From IMG/VR virus record IMGVR_UViG_3300030328_005013, positions 1 to 58,292 of that record: a stretch of 58,292 nt of DNA, one strand, 5' to 3'. Made by a program: the position numbers and the translations under genes. This DNA is from a virus (lineage: Duplodnaviria; Caudoviricetes). Below, piece by piece: positions 1 to 8,860 of this stretch. Below the pieces are notes generated by a model. That model was not told the DNA's origin, made no database searches, and worked only from the letters and a program-made list of their open reading frames with translations. Numbering within the stretch: the stretch's first letter is position 1; each line of letters begins with the position of its first letter.

Positions 1-2792
1 TCGAACTCCGCGCTCGTAACGCCAGTCGCATACAACGCTTCCAAGTAGTCGATCTCCGCAGACGAAAGGTTTTGAAGTTCGCTATCTAACGAAAGGTCAC
101 TAAGGACTTCGCTAGCAGACCGACTCTCCAATCCACTCGATGTGAAACGAGCGAACTCATCGTCTGCTACGCTAGCACTGTCGATCTTGACTGCGTTCGT
201 ATTTGAGATGCCGAACGTAAGAGACGCTTGCTTTCCGTCAAGCGCAGCTTGTAAACCGCTCGTTCTCGCTATCGTTAAGTCACCATCTCCTATGGTCGCT
301 TGTTTCCCGTCGAGTTGCGTCTGGATCGCACTACTAACGCCATCAAGGTAATCGAACTCCGCATTTGATACGTTTCCAGAGGAACCGATAAGGTTCGCAT
401 TCAATCGACTGGAGGCACTTATCGTTGCTTGTTTGGCATCTAACTGCGTCTGGATCGCACTGGTAACGCCATCAAGGTAACCGAACTCTGTATTTGATAC
501 GTCTCCGTTCGCTCCGATAAGATTCGCATTTAATCGACTGGAAGACGTAATCTCGTCTTGATATCTCCCATCGAGATCGACCGTTACCGTTGCGGAATCG
601 GTGCGAGTCAACGTCAGAACTCCGTCAGAGGTTCCGAACGCTGCGCTCGATACATAAACATTTCCATCGTTGCTATCAACGTAATCTTTAACAGCCGCCG
701 AAGTCGGGATCGTCGTATCGTTGTCGTTAGATCCGATACCCTCAGACTCCGTTACGAGTGTCGAAGCTTTAAGGTTACCGACCACCAAGTTTGAAACGGT
801 GACGCTATCGGCATCGACCGCACTAAGGGTAGCGAGCGATCCTAAAGAAAGATCGCTACGAACATCGCTTGCGGAGCGTCCCTCAAGACCGTTAGCAGTA
901 AAACGAGCATACTCGTCATCACTTGGGCTACCATCAACTAGCAAGCCTTTACCATCAGATATACCAAAAGAACTTCCTCCTATAGAGCCATCCACTGTGA
1001 GAGTGTGACTTGGGACAGCAGAACCAATTCCTATTTTACCATCTGACTTGATGGTCATTCTTGCAGAACCCGCAGTATGAAAATCTATTGTATCATCCGC
1101 TGGGTAACCCATCTTAGTGTTTGAGTCACTATTATGGATTAAATAATCAGATATATAGTAATCGGAAGAGGAAGTGCAACAAGCAACACTGATTTGATAA
1201 CCACAACCTCCGCCTACAGCAGCAATTGTTACCGCCGCTGGTGAAGATGGATCAGCCTTAAGGGTATGAAACTGCTCATAATTAGTTGAGTCATTACAAC
1301 CTTTATATGGTTGGTATCCATCTGAGTTACAGTTCTCTAACTGTGTTTTTATTTGAGTTTGGCAATCTGTGTGACTTTCGGTTCCTATACCACATCCAAA
1401 AGATAAAGCTCTAAACTCGTCTACATTATTTGCTGTGCCTTTAAAGGGTTCCCAAAGGAAATCAGGGCTTGTAACAGTGCCTCCACAATTTGCTGAAATT
1501 GTTCCTGATATTGTCGTTACGCAACCGTCAGCACTTGAATCAAAGGTAATCCCGTCACCCGCTTTTAGACCTCTAAATTTAGCTGGTCTTTTGGTGTCTG
1601 CTACATAAGCCCACCAATCAGCCGCACCGTCTGATAAATCTCCACAATTACCATAAGAGCTTTCAACTCCTCCCGTATCAATGCTTATTGTAGTAACGCA
1701 ATAATTTTCGCCAGCAGCATCTTTATCAAAGAATACCCCAGTTCCAGCTTTTAAACCTCTAAATTTCGCGGGTCGTTTGCTCCCATCTACATAGGCCCAG
1801 TGATCAGCAGCATTCAAAGTGCCGCCGCAAATCTGATCCTCTGATTTGATCTCGATTGTGCTTTGACCTTCTGCCCAAGTAATTTCTACGTTTTCTTCAC
1901 CAGTAAGAGTTCTGAACTCAGAAGGCATTAAGGTATACTCATTATAAACTTGAGCACCACCACCTATGTTTTCTCCTGACCATTGTCCACTAGCAGAGTC
2001 TCCTGATGACTCCATAGCTATGATGATCATCTTATCGTCTTCTGACACAGATATTTTTACATCACCGCTACCAGTTAAGTATCTAACTCTTACAGGTTCA
2101 TCTTCACTTTGATGACCGCTTTCTTGTAAAATTTCAGCGCAGTTTGGACCTAAAGTGCCGCCCTCTCCTGATCTCCCGTATTGGAGAAACTGCCTGTCTG
2201 ATAAAATAATATCACTACGCTGATATAATTCAGCTAACTGGCCATCAATTAATCTACAAATGGGATAATATCCTGTAAAACTAAACCCTGAAACTCCACT
2301 ACCGTCTTTAGCTCCTGCTAGATCAAGATTTTCTTCTACTCTTTCGAATAAAATATGCGGGAAGTTTGTGTCAATCTTTTGTAATGCTTCTTTATCTTTT
2401 ACAATATCAAACCCTGTATATGTAGCACTGTTAATTAAAAAGTTATATTTATTTATTACAACCTCAACGTAATATTCTCTTTCGTGTTGTCTGGGAAGCT
2501 CCTCCTTGTTCCCAAGTCCCATTTGCTCTATCTTCCGTTGCAGAGGCTCCTGAAGTTGCGATTCAGAAATTCTATTATAGATATAGGCTTGGTTCCAAGA
2601 TACATCATACCCCCTAATGGCACCCATAGGGTCGTCTTCCTCGGCATTAAATCTTACCTCTATATTAGGGACGAATGGTGCAGATTCCTCTACTGAAAAT
2701 CCCTCTCCAGCAGCCCCCTTCCACTGCATATCTGCATTTGCGACCTCCTCTTCTTCCCAAGAGTCTCTCCTTGATGCTGGTTCTTCAGACAT
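1..2792 (-). CDS. Large tail-fibre/receptor-binding-like virion protein, 3' end beyond window (>930 aa)
   Basis: Manual translation from ATG 2792 (TAATG overlap with upstream stop) stays open to position 1: MSEEPASRRDSW...; contains the tail-fibre motif RMTIKSDGKIGIGSAVPSHTLTVDG and several internal repeats; absent from the ORF track because it has no stop in the window. Confidence 0.8.
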   Translation of the reverse strand, partial: MSEEPASRRDSWEEEEVANADMQWKGAAGEGFSVEESAPFVPNIEVRFNAEEDDPMGAIRGYDVSWNQAYIYNRISESQLQEPLQRKIEQMGLGNKEELPRQHEREYYVEVVINKYNFLINSATYTGFDIVKDKEALQKIDTNFPHILFERVEENLDLAGAKDGSGVSGFSFTGYYPICRLIDGQLAELYQRSDIILSDRQFLQYGRSGEGGTLGPNCAEILQESGHQSEDEPVRVRYLTGSGDVKISVSEDDKMIIIAMESSGDSASGQWSGENIGGGAQVYNEYTLMPSEFRTLTGEENVEITWAEGQSTIEIKSEDQICGGTLNAADHWAYVDGSKRPAKFRGLKAGTGVFFDKDAAGENYCVTTISIDTGGVESSYGNCGDLSDGAADWWAYVADTKRPAKFRGLKAGDGITFDSSADGCVTTISGTISANCGGTVTSPDFLWEPFKGTANNVDEFRALSFGCGIGTESHTDCQTQIKTQLENCNSDGYQPYKGCNDSTNYEQFHTLKADPSSPAAVTIAAVGGGCGYQISVACCTSSSDYYISDYLIHNSDSNTKMGYPADDTIDFHTAGSARMTIKSDGKIGIGSAVPSHTLTVDGSIGGSSFGISDGKGLLVDGSPSDDEYARFTANGLEGRSASDVRSDLSLGSLATLSAVDADSVTVSNLVVGNLKASTLVTESEGIGSNDNDTTIPTSAAVKDYVDSNDGNVYVSSAAFGTSDGVLTLTRTDSATVTVDLDGRYQDEITSSSRLNANLIGANGDVSNTEFGYLDGVTSAIQTQLDAKQATISASSRLNANLIGSSGNVSNAEFDYLDGVSSAIQTQLDGKQATIGDGDLTIARTSGLQAALDGKQASLTFGISNTNAVKIDSASVADDEFARFTSSGLESRSASEVLSDLSLDSELQNLSSAEIDYLEALYATGVTSAEF
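295..545 (-). repeat. Tandem 129-bp (43-aa) imperfect repeat inside the tail-fibre gene
   Basis: tgcgtctggatcgcact at 317 and 446; peptides SSRLNANLIGANGDVSNTEFGYLDGVTSAIQTQLDAKQ and SSRLNANLIGSSGNVSNAEFDYLDGVSSAIQTQLDGKQ. Confidence 0.9.
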
Positions 2793-3136
2793 TATACTTC
2801 ATCTTTCGCAAGTAGAGATGAAGTTTTTTCTAGATTGCCATTGTCTATCTGACATACTGAGCCATCCTCATCAAAATAAAATAAACGATCAAACCAGTTA
2901 AAACTATGATAGTTTAATGGTTTAATTTCCTTCTCTATTTCGTCTCCATGAAGAGTTGAGTGGAAGTATTTCATACCTCCTCGTTTTAGAGAACCATCAG
3001 GCCACAAATATTGTTTTTCAGCAAAGTAACAGTCTTTTAACGTGCTATTACGCCAAACTTCAATATATGCAAAATCATTATCAAAGTCATGTCGCTTTGT
3101 TTCTAGTCTTATTACCTTTTTTACGATGGTTTTCAC
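2792..3136 (-). CDS. Hypothetical protein
   Basis: 114-aa ORF with GTG start, coupled to the tail-fibre gene, preceded by a GTGTAA motif. Confidence 0.65.
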   Translation of the reverse strand: MKTIVKKVIRLETKRHDFDNDFAYIEVWRNSTLKDCYFAEKQYLWPDGSLKRGGMKYFHSTLHGDEIEKEIKPLNYHSFNWFDRLFYFDEDGSVCQIDNGNLEKTSSLLAKDEV

Positions 3137-3157
3137 TTTAATAATGATATTAAATAC

Positions 3158-3163
3158 TTACAC
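3158..3163 (-). promoter_or_regulatory. GTGTAR upstream motif (candidate phage late promoter element)
   Basis: GTGTAA 21 nt before start at 3136; recurs before 9 minus-strand genes. Confidence 0.5.
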
Positions 3164-3189
3164 CTATTTCAAATATTTGTGTGCTAGCC

Positions 3190-3227
3190 AAAAAAATACG
3201 AACCCTAAAAAGAGTCCGTATTTTTTT
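3190..3227 (-). terminator. Intrinsic terminator
   Basis: Minus-strand UACGGACUCU-UUUU-AGGGUUCGUA stem (with G-U pairs) followed by a U-run, downstream of the 3278..4243 gene. Confidence 0.7.
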
Positions 3228-3277
3228 ATTTAAATTATTTTTTATTATCTACAGACCGTAGATTATTTAAAAGACTA

Positions 3278-4243
3278 TCATCCACCCTTGGGTTTAGGCT
3301 TGGGTTTTGGCTCTGTCTCTGGCTCTGGCTCTGTTTCTGAGCCTTTGGCTCTTTGAACCTGATCCTCAGTAGGAGCACCTTTTTCCCCTTTTTTCCTCAT
3401 TTTTTCCCCAGAACCCCTCTTGATTCTCTCTCTTTTCTTTCTGATATTCTCCCAGAGACTGCTATCAGATTTCTCTTTTTCTTTTAGAATCTCCTTGTGA
3501 CGCTTCATAAAAGCTTCATGGTTAGGTCCAGCCATGTAAAGAGTCTTGCCTTCCTCTGTTTTATGAGTATGAACTCCTTTCAAACCCATCTTTTCAGCAT
3601 CTTTCATAGCTTTCTCTTTGCTATCAAAGTAGTGGTCCTTTTCATCTGGAGATCCATAGGAATATTTTTTCTTTTTATCTCCGTAGGCAGCTTCAGAAAC
3701 TTCAGCTAAAGCGGGACATTCTCTAAGCAAATCTTCATGGTCAAAAAAGGTCTCACCATCCCACTCATAATCTTCAGAACCTTTTGTCATATTTGTAACA
3801 CTCTTCTTGCTCCACATTTTACAAGACCAGTATCTAGCCTTCCATTTAGGACCAGCGTTATCGCAATTATGACGACTTCTAAAAGCCTTCCTTCTTTTTG
3901 GGTCGTCTCTCTTAATTTCCATATTGGGGTCGCCAAAGTTGACCTTAACCACGTTTCCTTTTTCGTTTTTTACATAAACAGAGAACTTTTTCGGACCCTT
4001 TGGGGTTCTAAACGGCTTATTTAAAGTTTTATTTTCGTTCGCAGATTCTGAGAAGAATAAAGTAGTATCCTCCCCATCATCAAAAACAACAGATGCTTTG
4101 GACTGAGCATCTTTAAATATATTCATACAAACAGCTACCCGCTGTTTATTATCGTTAAATTCTTTTTTGTCAGTTAAGTCTGATACGCAGCGACCAACAA
4201 AATCACTGCGCTTCTCATTATTTCTTGGAGTGGGCAATGGCAT
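3278..4243 (-). CDS. Basic, modular phage protein (DUF6321-like central domain)
   Basis: N-terminal MPLP..FVGRC...QRVAVC module; VYVK...KVNFGDPNMEIKRDDPKRRKAFRSRHNC...ARYWSC module; LWENIRKKRERI..GAPT module; EP/KP tail. Confidence 0.7.
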   Translation of the reverse strand: MPLPTPRNNEKRSDFVGRCVSDLTDKKEFNDNKQRVAVCMNIFKDAQSKASVVFDDGEDTTLFFSESANENKTLNKPFRTPKGPKKFSVYVKNEKGNVVKVNFGDPNMEIKRDDPKRRKAFRSRHNCDNAGPKWKARYWSCKMWSKKSVTNMTKGSEDYEWDGETFFDHEDLLRECPALAEVSEAAYGDKKKKYSYGSPDEKDHYFDSKEKAMKDAEKMGLKGVHTHKTEEGKTLYMAGPNHEAFMKRHKEILKEKEKSDSSLWENIRKKRERIKRGSGEKMRKKGEKGAPTEDQVQRAKGSETEPEPETEPKPKPKPKGG

Positions 4244-4251
4244 ATTTTTGT

Positions 4252-4257
4252 TTACAC
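4252..4257 (-). promoter_or_regulatory. GTGTAR upstream motif
   Basis: GTGTAA 8 nt before ATG 4243. Confidence 0.5.
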
Positions 4258-4790
4258 TACAAAAGTTCCATAGGGGAACGATATTCTTCGTATGGTAAGA
4301 ACCAATGTTCGCAGGTATTTAGTATATCATACAGTAAAACAGTGGTCATTAAGTCCTCTCTACCCTTCCTCGTATATCCTTTATACAGGGAGTCTTTGAA
4401 ATTTGAGACCTTTTTAGTCCAGTCACAAGTGTGAGCGAGATCAAATAAGTCGTCATTTTTAACACATAAAAAGAAAGCCCCATAGTCGAATGCTATCCAT
4501 GCTGGCTTTTGTTCGCCATTGCACCAGCCCATTTTCCCTTGCACATTCTTTATTTCTAAGACGACTTTACCTTCTTTTTGGGTTTGTTTCAGCCCTTTTA
4601 CGTCAAATCCTACGCCATCAACTACAAAATCAGTATGATTTTTTATATCATCGTGCTGACTGGTTTTCTTTATTTCTTTTCCCGCTGCTCTACAAGAATC
4701 GTAGAATCTTTGTTGACCTTCATGGCCAATATTTATTGATTTTTTAATATGCCCAGCAGATGACATATTTTTAGCTTTGTCTGATATCAT
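4257..4790 (-). CDS. Putative PD-(D/E)XK-fold nuclease
   Basis: HTDFVVDGVGFDVKG fits the D...(D/E)xK pattern. Confidence 0.55.
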   Translation of the reverse strand: MISDKAKNMSSAGHIKKSINIGHEGQQRFYDSCRAAGKEIKKTSQHDDIKNHTDFVVDGVGFDVKGLKQTQKEGKVVLEIKNVQGKMGWCNGEQKPAWIAFDYGAFFLCVKNDDLFDLAHTCDWTKKVSNFKDSLYKGYTRKGREDLMTTVLLYDILNTCEHWFLPYEEYRSPMELL

Positions 4791-5128
4791 AAAGTCATTG
4801 ATTTTGTTTCCCCTGTCCTCACATCTGTCATGAAAAAATCCCTTACATTAAATGCCTTGTCGTCTATCCAGTAATCATATGGTGGTTTACCCATTCTTAA
4901 CTCTGTCCTCTTCACCCCCCATTGGTCTAGTTGTTTTTTAGTCAACTCGCTATGATCTACTCCACTATTACCTCCTCTAGCAGTCCAATAAATTATTGTA
5001 TGTCCAGCATCATATAATTGATTAAAAAAATCTATTCTTTCTTTTATTGGTTTCCCTCTGCTATACGGAGTTGTGCGGCTATCGTGTCTACAAATTGTGC
5101 CATCAATATCTACAATGTAAGTTTTCAT
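4787..5128 (-). CDS. Small capless HAD-family phosphatase (EcbF/BcbF-like)
   Basis: VDIDGTIC motif I, YWTAR motif II, MGKP..YWIDDK motifs III/IV. Confidence 0.85.
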   Translation of the reverse strand: MKTYIVDIDGTICRHDSRTTPYSRGKPIKERIDFFNQLYDAGHTIIYWTARGGNSGVDHSELTKKQLDQWGVKRTELRMGKPPYDYWIDDKAFNVRDFFMTDVRTGETKSMTL

Positions 5129-5619
5129 TTTATTTTTTTAATAATATTTGAAGTGCTAGCACCCTCTAAAAGAGGCACTATTCTTACGGCGCTGTTGCCT
5201 TTGGCTTTTAATTCTCTTTTATTTAAGTCCTCTAATTTATAATCCCCTCCTTTGAACCAGAAATCAGGTTCCAGTTCTTTTAATTGTTTTGATACTGTTT
5301 TCGTATCATAAATAAAAACATAATCAACAGCTTCATGACAAGCTACGGTATATGCTCTCTGAGCAGCAGGAATTATTGGGCGACTATCTCCTTTTAGGGA
5401 TTTTACGCTTTTATCGCTATTTACTCCCACAATCAATCTTGAATTGTTACTAGAAGATTCTTTTATAGTGTTTAGTAAATAAGCGTGTCCTGTATGGAAT
5501 AAATCAAAACACCCATTTGTGAAGGCTATAAATTTTTTAATACCGAAAGATTCCATCTGACGAAATTGCTCTCTCTCTTTTAAGATATCTCCAAAAGTAA
5601 ATATTTTTTTATGCTTCAT
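5125..5619 (-). CDS. hldC: Heptose-1-phosphate adenylyltransferase (HldE/RfaE domain II-like)
   Basis: FTNGCFDLFHTGH, LIVGVNSDKSVKSLKGDSRPI, KGGDY, EGASTS; start moved to ATG 5619 (ATGA overlap). Confidence 0.85.
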   Translation of the reverse strand: MKHKKIFTFGDILKEREQFRQMESFGIKKFIAFTNGCFDLFHTGHAYLLNTIKESSSNNSRLIVGVNSDKSVKSLKGDSRPIIPAAQRAYTVACHEAVDYVFIYDTKTVSKQLKELEPDFWFKGGDYKLEDLNKRELKAKGNSAVRIVPLLEGASTSNIIKKIK

Positions 5620-6362
5620 ACTGTCGCGACTCCTTTCTTTCTTATAACCTTTTGGCAGCAATCTTGAGCAAATATAATGGCTGTATTAATTTTTTTGGTA
5701 GAAGTAAATGCATAAGAAAACCCAGCCAGAAAGGTGTCTCCTGCTCCAGAGACATCTCTTATTTCAGAGGGATATTGTATAGCGTAATCTTTATATTTGT
5801 AAGAACAACCTTTTTCTGCTTTTGTTACAATTATATTTTCTGCCATATGTTTCCATCCGTTTTCTAAATATTCCTTTTCATTTATTTTTATAAACGTAAA
5901 TGAATCTGCCCAGTCAATATTGAATTGTTTTTTAGTGTCTAAAAAAGAAAGCCTACTCCTCTTAGCTATTTCCTGAAGATCTGAATCTTTTAGGAATCCT
6001 TTATCGTAATCTGAAACTACAACTGCATCATATTCTTCTATGTTTTCTGGAAGTTCGCCACAATGAGTGTAGCTATCTGTATCTACTCTTAGAAACATTT
6101 GGTTTGATGTCGAATCAATATACCTTGTTTTGTGACCGTTTGCCTCGTTCGTAAATAAATCAATAGTATTGTCAAACGGTATATCTTTTGTGGTTTCTTT
6201 TTCTATGGCTACAAGGTTATTATAAACATTTGTTGCCATTCCTAGATTATTTATACCCTCGCTAGGTATAAATACAGGAGCAGGGGCTTCAGGGCATAGA
6301 CGATCAGCTTTGCCGTAGCAAAACCTATCACTACAAGTTTCTCCTATTACTAGAAACTTCAT
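5616..6362 (-). CDS. hldA: Heptose-7-phosphate kinase (HldE/RfaE domain I, PfkB family)
   Basis: RLCPEAPAPV, VVSDYDKG and DVSGAGDTF motifs typical of the HldE kinase. Confidence 0.85.
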   Translation of the reverse strand: MKFLVIGETCSDRFCYGKADRLCPEAPAPVFIPSEGINNLGMATNVYNNLVAIEKETTKDIPFDNTIDLFTNEANGHKTRYIDSTSNQMFLRVDTDSYTHCGELPENIEEYDAVVVSDYDKGFLKDSDLQEIAKRSRLSFLDTKKQFNIDWADSFTFIKINEKEYLENGWKHMAENIIVTKAEKGCSYKYKDYAIQYPSEIRDVSGAGDTFLAGFSYAFTSTKKINTAIIFAQDCCQKVIRKKGVATV

Positions 6363-6730
6363 TGAGAGGCACCCTTTTCTACTCTATAAGAATCTTCGTT
6401 AAAATGTTGAGTGCTGACCTCAAAAACATGAGCATCCTCTAAAGCGGTTAACTTATGGGGTATACAGGGCTTCAAGTGAACCACATCACCCTCCACTAAT
6501 TCTTTCTCTAGCCTTTCAGCTTTCTCTAGATCAAAATATTCTAACTTTAGTTTGCCCTGAGTAACGCACCAAGTTTCTTCTTTTCTTATGTGATAATGCA
6601 TAGAAAAGGATGAACCCTTCTTGAATCTCAATATTTTACCACAATATTTTTCATTGTTGGTAATCCACAATTCATCACCCCAACCCTTAGGGTGTGGTTC
6701 TAAGCGACTAAAGCAAGGCTGTATACTCAT
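6359..6730 (-). CDS. Cupin-fold protein (phosphosugar isomerase-like)
   Basis: PKGWGDE, SMHYHIRKEETW, PHKL, FEVST...DSYR. Confidence 0.8.
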   Translation of the reverse strand: MSIQPCFSRLEPHPKGWGDELWITNNEKYCGKILRFKKGSSFSMHYHIRKEETWCVTQGKLKLEYFDLEKAERLEKELVEGDVVHLKPCIPHKLTALEDAHVFEVSTQHFNEDSYRVEKGASQ

Positions 6731-6737
6731 TCAGAGT

Positions 6738-6765
6738 ATTATAGCCTTGTTTATGTAATATTCAA
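6738..6765 (-). promoter_or_regulatory. Sigma70-like promoter, probably giving a leaderless mRNA for the heptose cassette
   Basis: TTGAAT-N16-TATAAT-N7-ATG. Confidence 0.65.
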
Positions 6766-6770
6766 GGAAA

Positions 6771-6959
6771 TTATTCCCCTTTATCTTTGCTTTTACCGAT
6801 ATTTAAAGCAGCCCAATCAATAAGTGAGTAGACTTTAGCCCAAAAAGTTCCCTTTTTAGGAGTGGGAGTTGCTGCGGTAATAGCAGAGGCGAGAGCAACA
6901 GCAGAAGCTACTACACCCCACCAAGGATTGTCCTGAATCAATTGAATAATTGTGTCCAT
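6771..6959 (-). CDS. Small membrane protein, holin-like
   Basis: Hydrophobic helix WWGVVASAVALASAITAATPTP then IDWAALNIG, a pattern seen in small phage membrane proteins. Confidence 0.55.
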   Translation of the reverse strand: MDTIIQLIQDNPWWGVVASAVALASAITAATPTPKKGTFWAKVYSLIDWAALNIGKSKDKGE

Positions 6960-6985
6960 AGTAAATTATATGCCTTTTCTATATA

Positions 6986-6991
6986 TTACAC
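6986..6991 (-). promoter_or_regulatory. GTGTAR upstream motif
   Basis: GTGTAATATATA 26 nt before ATG 6959. Confidence 0.5.
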
Positions 6992-7011
6992 TACTCAAAT
7001 TTTGAGGGGAA

Positions 7012-7902
7012 TTATATTCTAGTATACGAATAAGTCCTTCCCATGTCGTATTTTAAAGTATTAAAATACTGCCAACCAAAATCCACCCATGTATTAAACT
7101 CACTAAAACCACTGCTTAATGGGTCAAAACTAGCAGAGTGGAAACAAGGCGGTTCATTTGATTCTTTCATTATTATTTTCTTAGCTATATGAGGATAGCA
7201 ATTAGCTATATGGATAGGGCCGCTATTTATTCCAATAAAAATAGAACTTTCTGATATGGTTTTTACTGTATCCCAAATTTTCAAGCCTCTCTTATCTGTA
7301 AAAGGAGACGAGTTATCTGTTTTTGCGCCCACTTGTATTATATTGTAATTAGCATACCTTTTAGCTATAGTTTGCAATACTTCGTCGGGTATGAATTGTA
7401 ATTTACAATTATTACTTGGCCCAACATGTATTGTTATTTGGTCTGGCTTAACACCAAGGGGGTCTTCGTGTTTATATAAACGTGGACCTCTTGGTAAACA
7501 TAGATCAGGTCTTGTCCAGTCTTGTATGCCTAGCGTTTTATAAAACCATCGAGACCTACTATAGCACCCCAATTGATTTGGAGGGTGCCATAAGTTAATT
7601 ATTTTAGTTTTTTGACGGGGTGTCGGAACTTCAACTGGCTCAACCCAATCGTGAGGCTTGCAATACACAGCGGGATACCCGTCAATATTTTCATTAGTTT
7701 CAGCATTTTTAAAACGCAAAGGTCTTATTTCATCTGGGTGAAAAAGTCTGCGAACGTATGGATTTCTATCAAAAACCCAACATCTATGAACATCTATTAA
7801 TTTTACTCCATACCACTTATAAAACGCTTCGGGTATGCAAGAGTATTGAACCTTGTCACCAATTCCTACTGCTCCCCTTAAATCTATACCTATATTTTTC
7901 AT
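7012..7902 (-). CDS. GT9-like (heptosyltransferase-fold) glycosyltransferase
   Basis: N-terminal GIGD; C-terminal IIQVG...IFIGINSGPIHIA resembling the GT9 DSGxxHxA motif. Confidence 0.7.
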   Translation of the reverse strand: MKNIGIDLRGAVGIGDKVQYSCIPEAFYKWYGVKLIDVHRCWVFDRNPYVRRLFHPDEIRPLRFKNAETNENIDGYPAVYCKPHDWVEPVEVPTPRQKTKIINLWHPPNQLGCYSRSRWFYKTLGIQDWTRPDLCLPRGPRLYKHEDPLGVKPDQITIHVGPSNNCKLQFIPDEVLQTIAKRYANYNIIQVGAKTDNSSPFTDKRGLKIWDTVKTISESSIFIGINSGPIHIANCYPHIAKKIIMKESNEPPCFHSASFDPLSSGFSEFNTWVDFGWQYFNTLKYDMGRTYSYTRI

Positions 7903-8195
7903 TAAGACAGATCCAAAGAATCAGGAGCGATTTCCTCTAACTCTTCACATATTCTATCTATCTCATCAGGCATCATGTGCCTAGCGCAGTTCCTAAGCTT
8001 TGTCACCTCCCACTCAAACTTGCAGAATTTATCATCTTGAGTTATATTTTTCTTTTCTTTGCTATCGTAAATAAATGTGTCGAAAACCTCGTATCTTAAA
8101 GGGTCGATGCATTTTTCGATAGGATCGAATGTGGAGCGACTAGTGACATAATCAAAGATGTCATACCTACTTACTTTAATTTTGACTTTTTGCAT
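7902..8195 (-). CDS. Hypothetical protein
   Basis: 97-aa ORF coupled to GT9; upstream TAGACT-N17-TATAAT. Confidence 0.65.
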   Translation of the reverse strand: MQKVKIKVSRYDIFDYVTSRSTFDPIEKCIDPLRYEVFDTFIYDSKEKKNITQDDKFCKFEWEVTKLRNCARHMMPDEIDRICEELEEIAPDSLDLS

Positions 8196-8239
8196 TAGAG
8201 TCTAATATACGAGATTATATATTAGATTTTAGAAAAAGT

Positions 8240-8860
8240 CTAGACAATCCTAATTCTGCTCCTGATTTTTGAAACGTGCCTTTTCTTTTCTAAGACAGAG
8301 CCGCCCTCCCTGCTTCCAGCACCGTTTGTGTTACCTTCAATAGTAACTACATAACCACTTGAGTCTGCGTCTTTTACAGCTAATCCAATATGAGAAAAAG
8401 TAAATACAACGATATCACCTGCTTTAATATCTTCGTTTGTAGGTTTGCGGAGTTCCACGCCTTTTGTGCTTTCTTGTTTAGCCCAGTTCTCAAAATCCCA
8501 AGCTCCAGCGGTTCTCGGTCTTTTGAATGCTACATCCTCTCCTTCAATAGCCTCTCTAACTAACCAGCAAATAAAAGCAGCGCACCAAGGCCAACCTTTG
8601 TCTGCGTCTAGCCATGTGGCAGCTTTGTATTCATCTACTCTTGGCCCACAATTACTGCCGTCAACTTCGGAGACTCCTATTTCTTCTCTCGCTAAGGACA
8701 CCATTTTCTCTGCTACACTCCCACCAGAAGCAGCAGGTTCTTTGGTCGATAGCTTTGCTAAAATAGCATTCCAAGTTACAGGACCATCGGCACCATCAGC
8801 AGAAACCCCGAGAAGCTTCTGCACTGCTTTTACTACTTCTTTCTTGCCTCTAAAATTCAT
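8240..8860 (-). CDS. Endolysin: peptidoglycan-binding domain plus CHAP catalytic domain
   Basis: VQKLLGVSADGADGPVTW (PG-binding), PWCAAFICW (catalytic Cys), SHIGL (His), TIEGNT; start ATG 8860 (TAATG overlap). Confidence 0.9.
   Translation of the reverse strand: MNFRGKKEVVKAVQKLLGVSADGADGPVTWNAILAKLSTKEPAASGGSVAEKMVSLAREEIGVSEVDGSNCGPRVDEYKAATWLDADKGWPWCAAFICWLVREAIEGEDVAFKRPRTAGAWDFENWAKQESTKGVELRKPTNEDIKAGDIVVFTFSHIGLAVKDADSSGYVVTIEGNTNGAGSREGGSVLEKKRHVSKIRSRIRIV

Noticed and set aside
295-545. Repeat pair as a diversity-generating retroelement TR/VR
   Set aside because: The copies are tandem and in frame, the differences are not adenine-specific, and no reverse transcriptase is in the window
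142-1008. Plus-strand ORFs 142..351, 558..794 and 721..1008
   Set aside because: Antisense shadows of the long minus-strand tail-fibre ORF
3281-3345. (EP)n(KP)n tract as a TonB-like protein
   Set aside because: Short terminal low-complexity tail with no TM anchor or TonB C-terminal domain
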